DNA of 38,845 bases, from positions 1-38,845 of IMG/VR virus record IMGVR_UViG_3300016476_000935, one strand, 5' to 3'. Of this stretch, positions 1 to 10,535 are shown one piece after another. Below the pieces are notes generated by a model that was not told where the DNA came from, ran no database searches, and worked only from the letters and a program-made list of their open reading frames with translations. The DNA is from a virus. Taxonomy: Duplodnaviria; Caudoviricetes. Position numbers and translations under genes: made by a program. Each line of letters opens with the position of its first letter. Position 1 is the stretch's first letter.

Positions 1-63
1 TCCACAACGCGCGCAATGTCAATTTTCCAACCCCTATTATTTAGACGAGTCTAAAAATTAATT

Positions 64-531
64 ATGAAAGGTCGCAAAAAAACAGTCGAACAGCACAAAC
101 AAGACGGTACTTTCCGCAAAGATCGACATCTACCAGATTTAATTCAAGCGGGCCGGCATTCGGATGCTGTTGAGGTTTACCCGGAAGATTTACCACCGGA
201 AGCATCGAAGTATTGGTATCTGATTGTGGCAAATATGAAAATCGCAAAGTCTTTGAACGATGAAGATTTAGCGATGATTCGATCTTTAGTAATGTGCTAC
301 CATTTGCAGGATCAGTGCTTTAAAAACATAGCCGAAAACGGTTTGCAGCTAATTTTAACCAACTCAAAGGGAGCTGAGTATGTACAACGAAATCCGGCCC
401 TTGAAAGCCTGGATGCAGTACAAAAACGGATCATACTTTTCTCCAAGCATTTAGGCTTAAGCCCATTGGCCCGTACGGATATTGGCGTTTCAAAGTCAGA
501 TAAAAAGGATCCATTATTAGATTTGATATGA
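64..531 (+). CDS. terS: Terminase small subunit, P27 family
   Basis: N-terminal GRKKKT..HK..GTFRKDRH, C-terminal NPAL...LGLSPLAR; ATGA overlap with terL. Confidence 0.92.
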   Translation: MKGRKKTVEQHKQDGTFRKDRHLPDLIQAGRHSDAVEVYPEDLPPEASKYWYLIVANMKIAKSLNDEDLAMIRSLVMCYHLQDQCFKNIAENGLQLILTNSKGAEYVQRNPALESLDAVQKRIILFSKHLGLSPLARTDIGVSKSDKKDPLLDLI

Positions 532-2234
532 CATTAGAGGAAGCAAAACAGCGAGTTCAAGCGTTTATCAATCGCGCCACCGACGAAACAAGACCATTCT
601 CCCGGTTTGCCCGGCAATTAGTCAATACCTACCTATCCGACTTGGATCAGTCAAAACAGGATCCGAACTTTGAATATTACTTTGACGAAACAGCAGCCGA
701 ACACGTATTTAAAGCCTTTTGTCAAATGCAATTCAGTGAGGGCCATTGGCGCGGAAAACCTTTTGAGCTAACCGAATGGCAAGCCTTTACTTTGTGGAAC
801 GTGTACGGATGGAAGGTAAAAAGCAATAATTGGAGGCGCTACTTTAAAGTTTATATCAAAGTGCCTCGCAAAAACGGTAAGACTGAGTTTTTGAGTGCCA
901 TTGGTATTTATGGTCACAAGTTCGACCAATATGAGAAAGACGCTCAGGTGTTTTGGTTTGCCACAAAAAAGGATCAAGCCCGGATAGGATTCAACAAACA
1001 AAAATCAATGACCTCAATGCTATGCACGCGGTCTGCACTATACGCAACAAAGGTACGGGTACTGCAAAACAAGATAACCGACCTAGATGGCAATGGATTT
1101 GTAGGATACTTAGGTAAGGACTCAAAAGCGGAAGATGGACACAATCCTTTTTATGGTATTTGTGATGAGTACCATGCGCATCCTTCAAATGACATGATGA
1201 ACGTGGTTGAGTCTGGTATGGGCGCAAGGCGTTCGCCTCTTCTTTGGATTATCACAACAGCCGGATTTTTGCCTGATGGCGTATGCGCCACATTTGAAAA
1301 GACTTGCAAACAAATATTGGATGGAGTTTTGGAAAACCCTGGTATCTTTCCTTTAATATTTGACCTGGATGAAAATGATGATTGGGAGCAGGAAGAGAAT
1401 TGGCACAAGGCTAATCCATCATTAGGTCAAAGTATATCGATTGATTATCTGAGGCGTGAGCATAAAAAGGCGCTAACTGAGGGAGAAAGCGCACGCGTCA
1501 ATTTTCTGACCAAAAACCTAAATGTTTGGGTAAAGCAGTTTAAAACCTGGATAAGTGATGCCGACTGGATGAAAGGCGCGGATGTCGTTTTTGATGAAGC
1601 AGAATTAAAAGGCAGGGTAGCGATGGGCGGTTTGGATTTGGCTAGCGTATCAGATACTACTTCGCTTGTGTGGTTATTCCCTCCGGTTGAGGAAGGCGAG
1701 AAAATCAAAGTATTATTGCGTTGTTGGGTTCCCGAGGATGAAGCCGAACGAATTACAAGGTTAAAAGGTTACCCATATCTGAATTGGAATAAACAAGCAT
1801 TTTTGAATTTTACTCCCGGCAACGTTACCGACTACAACTATATCAAAGAGCAGATAAAACAAGATGCTGCAAAGTTCGATGTGCATTCGATTGCTTTTGA
1901 TAGGTACAATAGTTCGCACTTAGTTACTGATCTGCAAAATGAGGGTTTAATGATGGAGCCATTTGGACAGGGCTTTTTATCAATGTCCGCTCCTACTAAA
2001 GAGCTTGAAGTATTGGCACGTCGTGGAGAGATAGCGCACAACGGAAATCCCGTACTTCGATGGATGATGTCAAATGTCAGCATAAGACGAGATCCGGCCG
2101 ATAACATTAAAGTTGATAAAGAGAGCTCAAATGCTAAGGTCGATGGTGTGGTTGCGTTGGTTATGGCTTTGGGTCAGTTTGCAAAAAACAAAAACTCTAT
2201 CTATTGGCAGGGTGAAATATTCTCCATAATATGA
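528..2234 (+). CDS. terL: Terminase large subunit (cos-type)
   Basis: Walker A VPRKNGKT, Walker B ICDEYH, motif III IITTAG, nuclease GGLDLAS and KVDGVVALVMA. Confidence 0.97.
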   Translation: MTLEEAKQRVQAFINRATDETRPFSRFARQLVNTYLSDLDQSKQDPNFEYYFDETAAEHVFKAFCQMQFSEGHWRGKPFELTEWQAFTLWNVYGWKVKSNNWRRYFKVYIKVPRKNGKTEFLSAIGIYGHKFDQYEKDAQVFWFATKKDQARIGFNKQKSMTSMLCTRSALYATKVRVLQNKITDLDGNGFVGYLGKDSKAEDGHNPFYGICDEYHAHPSNDMMNVVESGMGARRSPLLWIITTAGFLPDGVCATFEKTCKQILDGVLENPGIFPLIFDLDENDDWEQEENWHKANPSLGQSISIDYLRREHKKALTEGESARVNFLTKNLNVWVKQFKTWISDADWMKGADVVFDEAELKGRVAMGGLDLASVSDTTSLVWLFPPVEEGEKIKVLLRCWVPEDEAERITRLKGYPYLNWNKQAFLNFTPGNVTDYNYIKEQIKQDAAKFDVHSIAFDRYNSSHLVTDLQNEGLMMEPFGQGFLSMSAPTKELEVLARRGEIAHNGNPVLRWMMSNVSIRRDPADNIKVDKESSNAKVDGVVALVMALGQFAKNKNSIYWQGEIFSII

Positions 2235-2443
2235 CAAATCAAATGAATACAAACGACTGCAAACAATACGATGCAAAGTATAGGGAGTTGTTGGCTCAGG
2301 ATCCTACACAAAAAAAGTATCTGATTTGGTTGCGTGTGGAGGCGTGGTATTACAGTCAAAAAAATAAGCGGAAATACAAAAAATACGACTATTTTCGCAG
2401 CGCGTATAGTAAGCGAAGACGCAGATCATTAGATTGCGTTTAA
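2231..2443 (+). CDS. Small basic hypothetical protein
   Basis: 70-aa K/R/Y-rich ORF with ATGA overlap to terL, followed by a terminator. Confidence 0.65.
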   Translation: MTNQMNTNDCKQYDAKYRELLAQDPTQKKYLIWLRVEAWYYSQKNKRKYKKYDYFRSAYSKRRRRSLDCV

Positions 2444-2464
2444 GGGGTATAAGTTTGGTAATGT

Positions 2465-2494
2465 AAGGCGTTGCAGCAATGTAGCGCCTTTTTT
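2465..2494 (+). terminator. Intrinsic terminator
   Basis: AAGGCGTTGCA-GCAA-TGTAGCGCCTT stem with GNRA loop, then T run. Confidence 0.85.
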
Positions 2495-2550
2495 CATTAA
2501 TGACAACTTACTTTTTGTTTAAAATTGCGATTATTTGGAGGTTTTACCTA

Positions 2551-2558
2551 TACATTTG
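2551..2558 (+). promoter_or_regulatory. Bacteroidota -7 promoter element before portal
   Basis: TACATTTG matches TAnnTTTG, after a terminator and 8 nt before the portal ATG; -33 element weak. Confidence 0.5.
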
Positions 2559-2565
2559 TTTTTAA

Positions 2566-3861
2566 ATGGGCCTTATTTCAAATATTACGCGGTTTTTTGG
2601 CGGTTTTAGCGGTATTTCCGCTGATAATGCGCCTATTTCGCAAGATTCGGAGCTTAGATCTGGCCTTGCTACTCCATCTGATTGGTTTTTAGATTGGTTG
2701 CACAATGGCCGCAAATCAGCAGGTCAAAACGTTACTCCTGAAACTTCGATGCGGATCAGTGCGGTTTACGCGTCTGTATCATTGCTTGTCCGTACAATAG
2801 CCTCTTTGCAGGTCGGTTTATATCGCAAATCGGGTACAATAATAGAGGAGGTGACCGACTTACCTGAGGCGTACGCGGTCACATTTGAGCCTCATACGTT
2901 TTACGACTCCTACCAATGGAGAGCAGCGGCAATGCTTCATTTGATGTTAAGGGGCAACCACTACTCCAAATTATCATTTGACCGGAACGGTAGAGTAAAT
3001 GAGATACGCATACTTCATCCTGACAACGTAATACCCTATATCTATGAAGACAAATTGTATTATCGTGTCACGATCGATGAGCAAGGCCGATCTTATGTAC
3101 TTTTACCGAATGAGATTATACACCTCAAATTATTTGGCGAGGATGGCATTATCGGCAAATCTCCACTTTCTTACGCAAGGGAAACGGTAGGGATGGCCCT
3201 GGCTGCTAATGATTATGCGGCTGCTATGTATGAAAATGGCGGAGGTGTACGCGGTGTGATTGAGCGCGCCCCTATGAATATGACAGGTGCGCAAATGGAT
3301 CAGCTTAGGAATGAGTTTGTTAAGATCATGCGCGATTACCGAACATCTGGCAGTATTGGCGTTTTGCGTGGAGAAACTAAATTCACTCAAATTGCCCTAA
3401 GCCCAAAAGATGCTCAATTTATTGAAAGCGCAAACCTATCGACAAAAGACATTGCCCGCTTTTTTGGTGTGCCTTTACACTTAATAGGCGATTTAGAGCG
3501 CTCAACCAACAACAACATCGAACATCAAAGTATTGAGTTCGTAATGCACACCGTTCGACCGCTTGTTAAGAATTGGGAGAGCGAACTCAACCGCAAAGTA
3601 CTACGCAAGTCTGACCGCTCATCCATGTTTTTCCGATTCAATATTGACTCGTTGATGCGTGGCGACACTGCTGCACGCGCTCAGTATTATCAGACAATGA
3701 CCAACATTGGAGCGATGAGCCTGGATGAGGTTCGTAGTATGGAAAACCTCAATCCAATCGCGGATGGTTACGGCCAACAGCACTATATGCAGTTAAATAT
3801 GACCACCTTAGAGGGTATCAATCAAAAATCAAATTTGACAAATGCAAATACAGGACAATAA
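2566..3861 (+). CDS. Portal protein, HK97 family
   Basis: SAVYASV..L...IASL, LMLRGNHY, IARFFGVPLHLIG, NNIEHQSIEF. Confidence 0.96.
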   Translation: MGLISNITRFFGGFSGISADNAPISQDSELRSGLATPSDWFLDWLHNGRKSAGQNVTPETSMRISAVYASVSLLVRTIASLQVGLYRKSGTIIEEVTDLPEAYAVTFEPHTFYDSYQWRAAAMLHLMLRGNHYSKLSFDRNGRVNEIRILHPDNVIPYIYEDKLYYRVTIDEQGRSYVLLPNEIIHLKLFGEDGIIGKSPLSYARETVGMALAANDYAAAMYENGGGVRGVIERAPMNMTGAQMDQLRNEFVKIMRDYRTSGSIGVLRGETKFTQIALSPKDAQFIESANLSTKDIARFFGVPLHLIGDLERSTNNNIEHQSIEFVMHTVRPLVKNWESELNRKVLRKSDRSSMFFRFNIDSLMRGDTAARAQYYQTMTNIGAMSLDEVRSMENLNPIADGYGQQHYMQLNMTTLEGINQKSNLTNANTGQ

Positions 3862-4489
3862 AGAAAAGCGAGTCTATGGTATTGAGTGTCGATCCATGGA
3901 CAAAAATAAAGATGAAAAGCGCATGACCATTGGCGGCCTTGCATCCATATTTAACAGCTATACACCTATGGGTTGGTATATGGAGGTAGTAAAGCCTGGA
4001 TTTTTTGATGATATGGATTTCGAGGCAGCAGCAGCGCTAAAAAACCATGATTCAAATTTAGTATTGGGCCGCTACGCAAATAAAACACTTCGCTTAAATA
4101 TTACCAATCAGGGTTTGGAATACGAAGTAGATTTGCCTGATACGACAACTGGCCGAGATACTTATGAAGAGGTAAAGCGAGGGGACATCTATCAAAGTTC
4201 CTTTCAATTTACAATCAAAGAGCAGGTTTGGAGAGAGGTAGATCGGTCTGAGTTTGCCGGTATGTTTCCTGATTATGTATTAGATCGGATGTCTTATGGT
4301 GGTAAAATAGAGGTTCGGGAGCTTATTAAAGGCGCAAAGTTGTATGACGTTGCACCGGTGACTTTCCCTGCCTACAATGATACAACCGTTGCTCAACGGT
4401 CAAAAGAGCAACTCCAAAAAACCAAAATCAATTTGGATTTGTATAATTATCGGTTAAGGATCGCAGCCGCGTCTTTGCCTAAACTTTAA
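3842..4489 (+). CDS. Prohead protease, HK97 family
   Basis: NHDSNLVLGR, GLEYEVDLPDT, SSFQF, LYDVAPVTFPAY. Confidence 0.95.
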   Translation: MQIQDNKEKRVYGIECRSMDKNKDEKRMTIGGLASIFNSYTPMGWYMEVVKPGFFDDMDFEAAAALKNHDSNLVLGRYANKTLRLNITNQGLEYEVDLPDTTTGRDTYEEVKRGDIYQSSFQFTIKEQVWREVDRSEFAGMFPDYVLDRMSYGGKIEVRELIKGAKLYDVAPVTFPAYNDTTVAQRSKEQLQKTKINLDLYNYRLRIAAASLPKL

Positions 4490-4500
4490 ACTTTTAATTA

Positions 4501-5739
4501 ATGACACAAGAAATTAGAGATTTACAAGCAAGTCAAGCAGCTGCTTACGATGCTATGAAGGACGCGGTTAAGGAGCTTAGCCGCGAAGGTTTGTCTGAGG
4601 TTCGCAAATCAGAACTCGACGAAGTATTTAACAAAGCCGAGGCAGATCAAGCCCGGATCGAAAAACAGCTACGCGCCTTAGAAGCAGCAGAAGCAGCGGA
4701 AAAGCGTCGTGCAGAGCAGTTTTTCGAGAAAGAAGATCAGGCCGGCCGCACTGCTGACAAGCGCGACCAAAAAGAGGTTGAAGCAGAAGAGCGTGCAGCG
4801 TTTAACGCTTGGTTGCGTCAAGGCATGAACAACCTTAGCAATGAGCAGCGCACGATGATCCAAAAACGCGGTACATCTACGCTCATCGCTGGAACCAACT
4901 CTTTGGGCGGCTTTACCGTTCCTACCGACTTGGCGAACCGGATTATTGAGTCAATGAAAGCATACGGGGGTATGCTACAGGTATCTGACATCCTTATCAC
5001 TGATGGCGGCAATCCGTTGAATTTCCCAACCAACGACGACACATCTGCTAAGGCTGTATTAGTGTCTGAGGGCGGATCCGCTACTGTTCAAGATACTACT
5101 TTCGCACAAAAAACGCTCAACGCGTTTATGTACCGCGATTTGGTAAAGTTGTCCTACGAACTGATTCAAGACAGCGCTTTTGATATTGAAGCGTACATCG
5201 TTCGCCTGATGGGTACTCGTTTTGGTCGTGCTGCAAATGAAAGCCTTACTACCGGAACAGGCTCATCTCAGCCTAATGGCGTTGTAACCGCCTCTACTCT
5301 TGGCAAAACCGCTGCATCCGCAACCGCTTTCACTTTTGCTGAGGTACTTGACCTGGTTCACAGTGTAGATCCTGAATATCGTCGTAACGGTCGATTTATG
5401 ATGCACGATTCAGTTTTGGCTTACATTAAAAAGCTCTCAATCGGAGCATCCGACGCGCGGCCATTGTGGCAGCCTTCCTTTATCGTTGGTGAGCCTGCAA
5501 CAATTGACGGATACCAATATGTTATCAATCAGGACATGGACAGCACAATCAATACCGCTTCCAAAATTATCTTGTTTGGTGATTTCCGTCAGTATCTTGT
5601 TCGCCAAGTGCGCACGCTGCAAATCAGCCGCAACGAAAGCCTTTACATGGCAACCGGTGAGATCGGTTACTTTGGATTCGCTCGTTGGGATGGTGAGTTG
5701 TTGAACACAGCAGCAGTTAAGCACCTTATCACTGCTTAA
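4501..5739 (+). CDS. Major capsid protein, HK97 fold with N-terminal delta domain
   Basis: Coiled-coil N-terminus, GGFTVPTD, SYELIQDSAFDIE, GTGSSQPNG, ILFGDF. Confidence 0.96.
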   Translation: MTQEIRDLQASQAAAYDAMKDAVKELSREGLSEVRKSELDEVFNKAEADQARIEKQLRALEAAEAAEKRRAEQFFEKEDQAGRTADKRDQKEVEAEERAAFNAWLRQGMNNLSNEQRTMIQKRGTSTLIAGTNSLGGFTVPTDLANRIIESMKAYGGMLQVSDILITDGGNPLNFPTNDDTSAKAVLVSEGGSATVQDTTFAQKTLNAFMYRDLVKLSYELIQDSAFDIEAYIVRLMGTRFGRAANESLTTGTGSSQPNGVVTASTLGKTAASATAFTFAEVLDLVHSVDPEYRRNGRFMMHDSVLAYIKKLSIGASDARPLWQPSFIVGEPATIDGYQYVINQDMDSTINTASKIILFGDFRQYLVRQVRTLQISRNESLYMATGEIGYFGFARWDGELLNTAAVKHLITA

Positions 5740-5741
5740 TT

Positions 5742-5936
5742 ATGAAAGTTCAAGTTCTTGATTCGCTTGTTGGCGAAGACGAATTAGGCAAATACAGCTA
5801 CGGCAAAGGCGTACATGAAAATGTACCTGAGCCGCGCGCGAAGCAGCTAATTAAGGCAGGCTTAGCGTTGTTGGTAGATGTCCTAATAGAAGCCGCAACA
5901 GATCGGATCGTTAAAGCAAACGCAAAGCGCAAATAA
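5742..5936 (+). CDS. Small putative head-associated protein
   Basis: 64 aa between capsid and connector genes; stop overlaps next ATG. Confidence 0.7.
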   Translation: MKVQVLDSLVGEDELGKYSYGKGVHENVPEPRAKQLIKAGLALLVDVLIEAATDRIVKANAKRK

Positions 5937-6511
5937 TGAAGTATTTACCATCCTCTTTAACTATCAATTATAGCTCTACGCTCCCGGTAACAGTTGCGGA
6001 GGCTAAAGCTCATTTGCGAGTAACTGACAGCTCGGAGGATGCGTTGATTGAACTTTATTTGCGTGCGGCTATCAGGAGGGTCGAACAGCATTGCGGTATA
6101 TCTTTGTTATCATCAACGGTAACGGAGATATTTCCATCGTTTCCAGACGAAATGCAACCGTTTGACCTTTCTGTTCAGCCTGCAACGGCTGTAAGCTCTT
6201 TGGCATACAATACAACCGATTCTACCGGAACATTTACAACCATTGCAAGCGCTAACTATGTGACCGAATTTGACCACAACAAAGCGCAAATTAAGCCGGT
6301 TACGTCGTGGGATTATGATGGTACAGTATTGCAGGTTAGAGTGATTTACACAGCAGGTTACACAAATGCAGCAGCAGTACCGCCAAATTTAAAGGTCGCA
6401 ATTCTTTTAATTTTAGGCGATTTTTACGAGAATAGAACGGATGCAGATGCGGTGCAGCTAAACAGGGCCGCAATCGCTTTAATGCAGCCTTATTTAGTTG
6501 AACGGTACTAA
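5936..6511 (+). CDS. Head-tail connector/adaptor (gp6-like)
   Basis: PVTVAEAKAHLRV...EDALI and VPPNLKVAILLILGDFYENR. Confidence 0.93.
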   Translation: MKYLPSSLTINYSSTLPVTVAEAKAHLRVTDSSEDALIELYLRAAIRRVEQHCGISLLSSTVTEIFPSFPDEMQPFDLSVQPATAVSSLAYNTTDSTGTFTTIASANYVTEFDHNKAQIKPVTSWDYDGTVLQVRVIYTAGYTNAAAVPPNLKVAILLILGDFYENRTDADAVQLNRAAIALMQPYLVERY

Positions 6512-6843
6512 TGAACAAGGGAGAGAAAATAGGGAAATTGGATCGGCTAATTAAGATCCAACGTCGCACGCTGGTCGAAAATGCGACTGGTGAGCGCGTG
6601 GAGTCTTGGTCAGATCTGCTTTCGGTCTGGTCAAATGTCAAGTATGCAAAGACTGAGATCCGGGAAGAAGATATGAATGGAGCGATTTACTACACAAATC
6701 GAATTACGTTTGAGATTCGTAAAACAGATATAACAGAACGTGACCGGATCCAATACAACTCCTTCAACTGGGATATAATTCGAGTAACGGAGGATGGGCG
6801 CGGTGGTCGCATGTTTATCGAAGTACAAAAAACCGAAGGGTAA
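6511..6843 (+). CDS. Head closure protein (SPP1 gp16-like)
   Basis: IGKLDRLIKIQ...GERVESW...VW motif and gene order. Confidence 0.9.
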   Translation: MNKGEKIGKLDRLIKIQRRTLVENATGERVESWSDLLSVWSNVKYAKTEIREEDMNGAIYYTNRITFEIRKTDITERDRIQYNSFNWDIIRVTEDGRGGRMFIEVQKTEG

Positions 6844-7361
6844 TGAGAGCAAACGTAGCGGAATTAAATAGAGAGGTTGAGCAGCTTGTTAGAGAGCTGC
6901 AAACAGTTAGCAAAAACGCAAGGCGCGATACTTTGCGCATCCTTAAAAAGTCTGCAAAGCCTTTTGTTTTTGCGCTTGAGATTAACGCTCCTGAAAGCGA
7001 ACGGCCACACAAACGATATAGTACTGCAAAGTTGGTAAGGCGTATTAGAGCGCCTAAAGGTCGTGGTAATGTCGTGGCAACCTATATGCCGGGTAACTTA
7101 GGCGCGTCGTTTCAGTTCTTGAATTTTCGAGGCGCAAAGTATCAGGTTACAGTAGGCGCGAAGCTCGCTAAGGGTAACTCACAAGGCGTATTTGGACCTG
7201 GCGGTCGCACTGATGGTTATTATGCTCACATGGTTGAAAAAGGAACCAAAAACAGCAGGGCACGACCTTTTGTTCTACCGACTTGGAATAGATACAGGGA
7301 AGCAACGCGAAGGGCGGTTGTAGAGGAATTTAAAAAGAAAATTCAGCGTTTAAAAAGATGA
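6843..7361 (+). CDS. HK97 gp10-like tail morphogenesis protein
   Basis: GYYAHMVEKGT...ARPFVLP motif and gene order. Confidence 0.88.
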   Translation: MRANVAELNREVEQLVRELQTVSKNARRDTLRILKKSAKPFVFALEINAPESERPHKRYSTAKLVRRIRAPKGRGNVVATYMPGNLGASFQFLNFRGAKYQVTVGAKLAKGNSQGVFGPGGRTDGYYAHMVEKGTKNSRARPFVLPTWNRYREATRRAVVEEFKKKIQRLKR

Positions 7362-7918
7362 ATGTACAGGGGCCGATCCGCAAATTAATAAGTGACCATC
7401 CGACCGCGTCTGCCTTATTTGGCAATCGCGTGTATCCGGTAGTCGCTCCACAAGGGGCAACAATGCCTTTTGCGGTCGTTACGGTTGTGGGTAATGCTCC
7501 GGCAAACGCAAAAACAAATCCATCTTGGGTAGATAATGTATCGGTAGAAGTAGTTTTTTGGGCTCCCACATTTAACGAGTGCAGGCAAGCGGAGGAGGCG
7601 TTCAGGCAGGCGGTGGATTACTTTAGAGGCGACGTAACCTTTGAGGCCGAACTTGTATCTATTGATGGAATACACTACGAACAAACGCGGCAACATTACG
7701 ACAATGATTCTGGGAACCATTATCATATCAGTATGTACGTCGTTCGCATAAACAGACAAAGCAGTTTAGATCCTATGGTACCAATGAAAGACCGTTTTTT
7801 TGATGATGATACAGCCGCGATTGCTGGCGGTTTGTTTCCTGGAGATCTGTATTTCTTGACAGCAAATAACTACTATGGTTTGCCTTATGGCGTGATTAAA
7901 ATGGTAATGAACGTATGA
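7358..7918 (+). CDS. Tail terminator (DUF3168-like) with C-terminal extension
   Basis: GNRVYPVVAPQGATMPFAV motif; extra ~50 aa ending FFDDDTAAIAGGLFPGDLY...VIKMV. Confidence 0.8.
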   Translation: MNVQGPIRKLISDHPTASALFGNRVYPVVAPQGATMPFAVVTVVGNAPANAKTNPSWVDNVSVEVVFWAPTFNECRQAEEAFRQAVDYFRGDVTFEAELVSIDGIHYEQTRQHYDNDSGNHYHISMYVVRINRQSSLDPMVPMKDRFFDDDTAAIAGGLFPGDLYFLTANNYYGLPYGVIKMVMNV

Positions 7919-10521
7919 AATATTTAGTATTTATAATAGCTTTATTTGCAGCGCTTCAAACGAACGCTCAAAATAATATTGTTTACGGTGCTGGCATCAA
8001 CTACACCAACGGAGCACCTACATTTACACCTCCGGTAAGGACTTCACGAGTTGCGATTGATACGGTAACGGGAAAATGGTATCACTTTAACACGCCTGGA
8101 GGTTGGCAATGGATTGGTAACACAGTGGAAGAGATTAGCGGGTGCGCCGCACCTGCATACACGCCCGACAAAGGCGACAGCAGGCTGGTTGTTAACAACT
8201 GCGCAAAGCCGCAAGTTTACTGGTACGATGGCGCGGTCTGGAAGTGGATAAACGAGGGCGAAGTCTACACAGCTGGCGAAGGTATCCGCATTGAGAGTAA
8301 TACAATAATATTGGACTCGCTTTATGTTTTACGCTTCAGAACAGGCTCAAACACAGATGGCGCAGCGGGTACAATGTCCTGGAATACAACCGAGGAAACG
8401 GTCGATTTAGTGACCGACCAAGGATCAGTCACCGGACATTTATTAGAGTCGGCATACTATAACACACGCAACACCACAGGCTCATCTATTACGATTGGTA
8501 CGGTAGTGATGGCCAACGGTACAACTGGCAACACTGGCCGGATTTTAATCACTCCAGCCATTGCAGATGGTTCGGTAAATAGCGAGTACATTCTTGGCTT
8601 AACAGCCCAAGCGATTGGTAACAACGCGAACGGCAAAGTGCAGCATTTTGGAAAGGTTAGAGGCATCCAAACCAATGGCGCAAATTATGGTGAGACTTGG
8701 GTAGATGGTGATGTACTTTATTGCAGCGCGGTAACACCTGGATACTTAACAAAAGTGCTGCCAACAGCTCCAAACCTTAAAGTACCAATCGCAATTGTAA
8801 TTCATGCGCACCCTTCAAATGGTACTTTATTTGTTAGGCCTTCGCACTTTCCAGACCTTGCACAAATTAACGACGTGGAACTTTCAAGCCCGACCAACGG
8901 TCAAGTACTTACTTATAACTCCACGCTTTCAAGGTGGGAGAACGCCACACCGGCCAACCAACTGCAAACACTTAGCACCGATAACACACCGGGCAATATC
9001 AGTATCTCCAGCGGTAACACCATAACGCTAAACGTAAACGACGCGGATGCAAGCGCTACAAACGAGCTGCAAACGTTATCAGTCGCAGCAAACACCGCAA
9101 CGCTTTCAAATTCGGGCGGGTCTGTTACAATCGCAGGTGCTGGTATTAATACGGTGGGTACTGCTGGCACAACCATAACGGTCACCGGTACGGAAGTAGA
9201 TGGAAGTATTACCAACGAGCTACAAACGCTTTCAACAGGTACAAATACGCTCACTTTGTCAAATGGTGGCGGCACTGTTACGGTAGATACGGATCCAAGT
9301 ACGGATATAACCGGAAGCGGCACAGCTACGCAGATAGCGTACTTTACAGGCGCTCAAACCGTTACAAGCGAGTCGGCACTTCAATGGGATGCGGTTAATG
9401 ACCAATTAGGCATTGGTACTGCACCCTCTGCCAAATTACAAATACAATCAAGCACCAACGGAAGTGAGGGTATTTACATTCGCAATTCAAATACTGGCAA
9501 TGCGGCACAAAGTTACATAGGAGTATTTAATAATGCGTCAGAGGGCGCTAATTTTATAAGTTACGGGACAAACCATGCGGCTTGGCCAAATGCTGTTAAT
9601 TTTTTTACAAGCAGCAACAGTATTTCACAGCTTAATTTTATTGCTAGAAATCATCGCATAGGATTTTGGACAAACATAACAGAGCGAATGCGGATACTTG
9701 CAACTGGTGAAGTAGGCATAAATCAAACAGCTCCAGCAGCCCGCCTCCACGTCGTAGGCTCTGGAACAAGCTCCTCCACTTGGACCGCTCAATTTCACAA
9801 CAGCGCGGGAAACAACAACGCGCTAATGATTCGGGATGATGGGAATGTTGGGATAGGGACTACTACAATGACCGGCCGATTAAATATAACAGATAACGGG
9901 AGCTACGGCATCTATCAATCAGGAACTGCACCAAATTACTTTTTAGGCTCAATCGGTATTGGTCAAACAAATTTAACAGGCCATAATTTATACATTCGAA
10001 AAGACCTAACAGGCGCTACTACTGTATATGGTATTAGATCACAGGCTACACTAAAATCAGATGTTACAACAGCAGCACATGGTGTTTACTCTTTAATTAA
10101 TACTGATCCCGGTTCGTTTACAGTGCCAAATGTTTATTATTTTAGAGCAGAGCAAGGGGTATTTGATGTCGGATCTAGTGTTACAAATCAATACGGCTTC
10201 CACGTTAATAACACTTTATCTGGGGCGGATAATGATTACGGTTTTTGGTCTGGACTAAATTCAGGCTCAGGTCGCTGGAACTTTTATGCAAATGGAACGG
10301 CACGAAATTATTTTGCAGGTAACACTGCAATCGGTACAACTACCCAAAACGCATCAGCAGCCTTTGAGGTAGCATCCACTACACAGGGCGTTCTTTTTCC
10401 TCGCATGACAACAGCCCAACGCGATTTAATAGCCACGCCTGCCGATGGGCTGGTAATTTACAACACAACAGACAATAAACTTCAAGTTCGCGCTGGTGGC
10501 GCGTGGGTAGATCTTCACTAA
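7915..10521 (+). CDS. Signal-peptide-bearing fibre/adhesin-like protein
   Basis: MKYLVFIIALFAALQTNA|Q; T/G/N-rich; NELQTLS and GIG/GIN repeats; C-terminal STTQGVLFPRMTTAQR motif. Confidence 0.75.
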   Translation: MKYLVFIIALFAALQTNAQNNIVYGAGINYTNGAPTFTPPVRTSRVAIDTVTGKWYHFNTPGGWQWIGNTVEEISGCAAPAYTPDKGDSRLVVNNCAKPQVYWYDGAVWKWINEGEVYTAGEGIRIESNTIILDSLYVLRFRTGSNTDGAAGTMSWNTTEETVDLVTDQGSVTGHLLESAYYNTRNTTGSSITIGTVVMANGTTGNTGRILITPAIADGSVNSEYILGLTAQAIGNNANGKVQHFGKVRGIQTNGANYGETWVDGDVLYCSAVTPGYLTKVLPTAPNLKVPIAIVIHAHPSNGTLFVRPSHFPDLAQINDVELSSPTNGQVLTYNSTLSRWENATPANQLQTLSTDNTPGNISISSGNTITLNVNDADASATNELQTLSVAANTATLSNSGGSVTIAGAGINTVGTAGTTITVTGTEVDGSITNELQTLSTGTNTLTLSNGGGTVTVDTDPSTDITGSGTATQIAYFTGAQTVTSESALQWDAVNDQLGIGTAPSAKLQIQSSTNGSEGIYIRNSNTGNAAQSYIGVFNNASEGANFISYGTNHAAWPNAVNFFTSSNSISQLNFIARNHRIGFWTNITERMRILATGEVGINQTAPAARLHVVGSGTSSSTWTAQFHNSAGNNNALMIRDDGNVGIGTTTMTGRLNITDNGSYGIYQSGTAPNYFLGSIGIGQTNLTGHNLYIRKDLTGATTVYGIRSQATLKSDVTTAAHGVYSLINTDPGSFTVPNVYYFRAEQGVFDVGSSVTNQYGFHVNNTLSGADNDYGFWSGLNSGSGRWNFYANGTARNYFAGNTAIGTTTQNASAAFEVASTTQGVLFPRMTTAQRDLIATPADGLVIYNTTDNKLQVRAGGAWVDLH

Positions 10522-10535
10522 AAAATAATAACACA

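Noticed and set aside
2450-2457. TAAGTTTG as a promoter
   Set aside because: No well-spaced -33 element, and a terminator follows immediately
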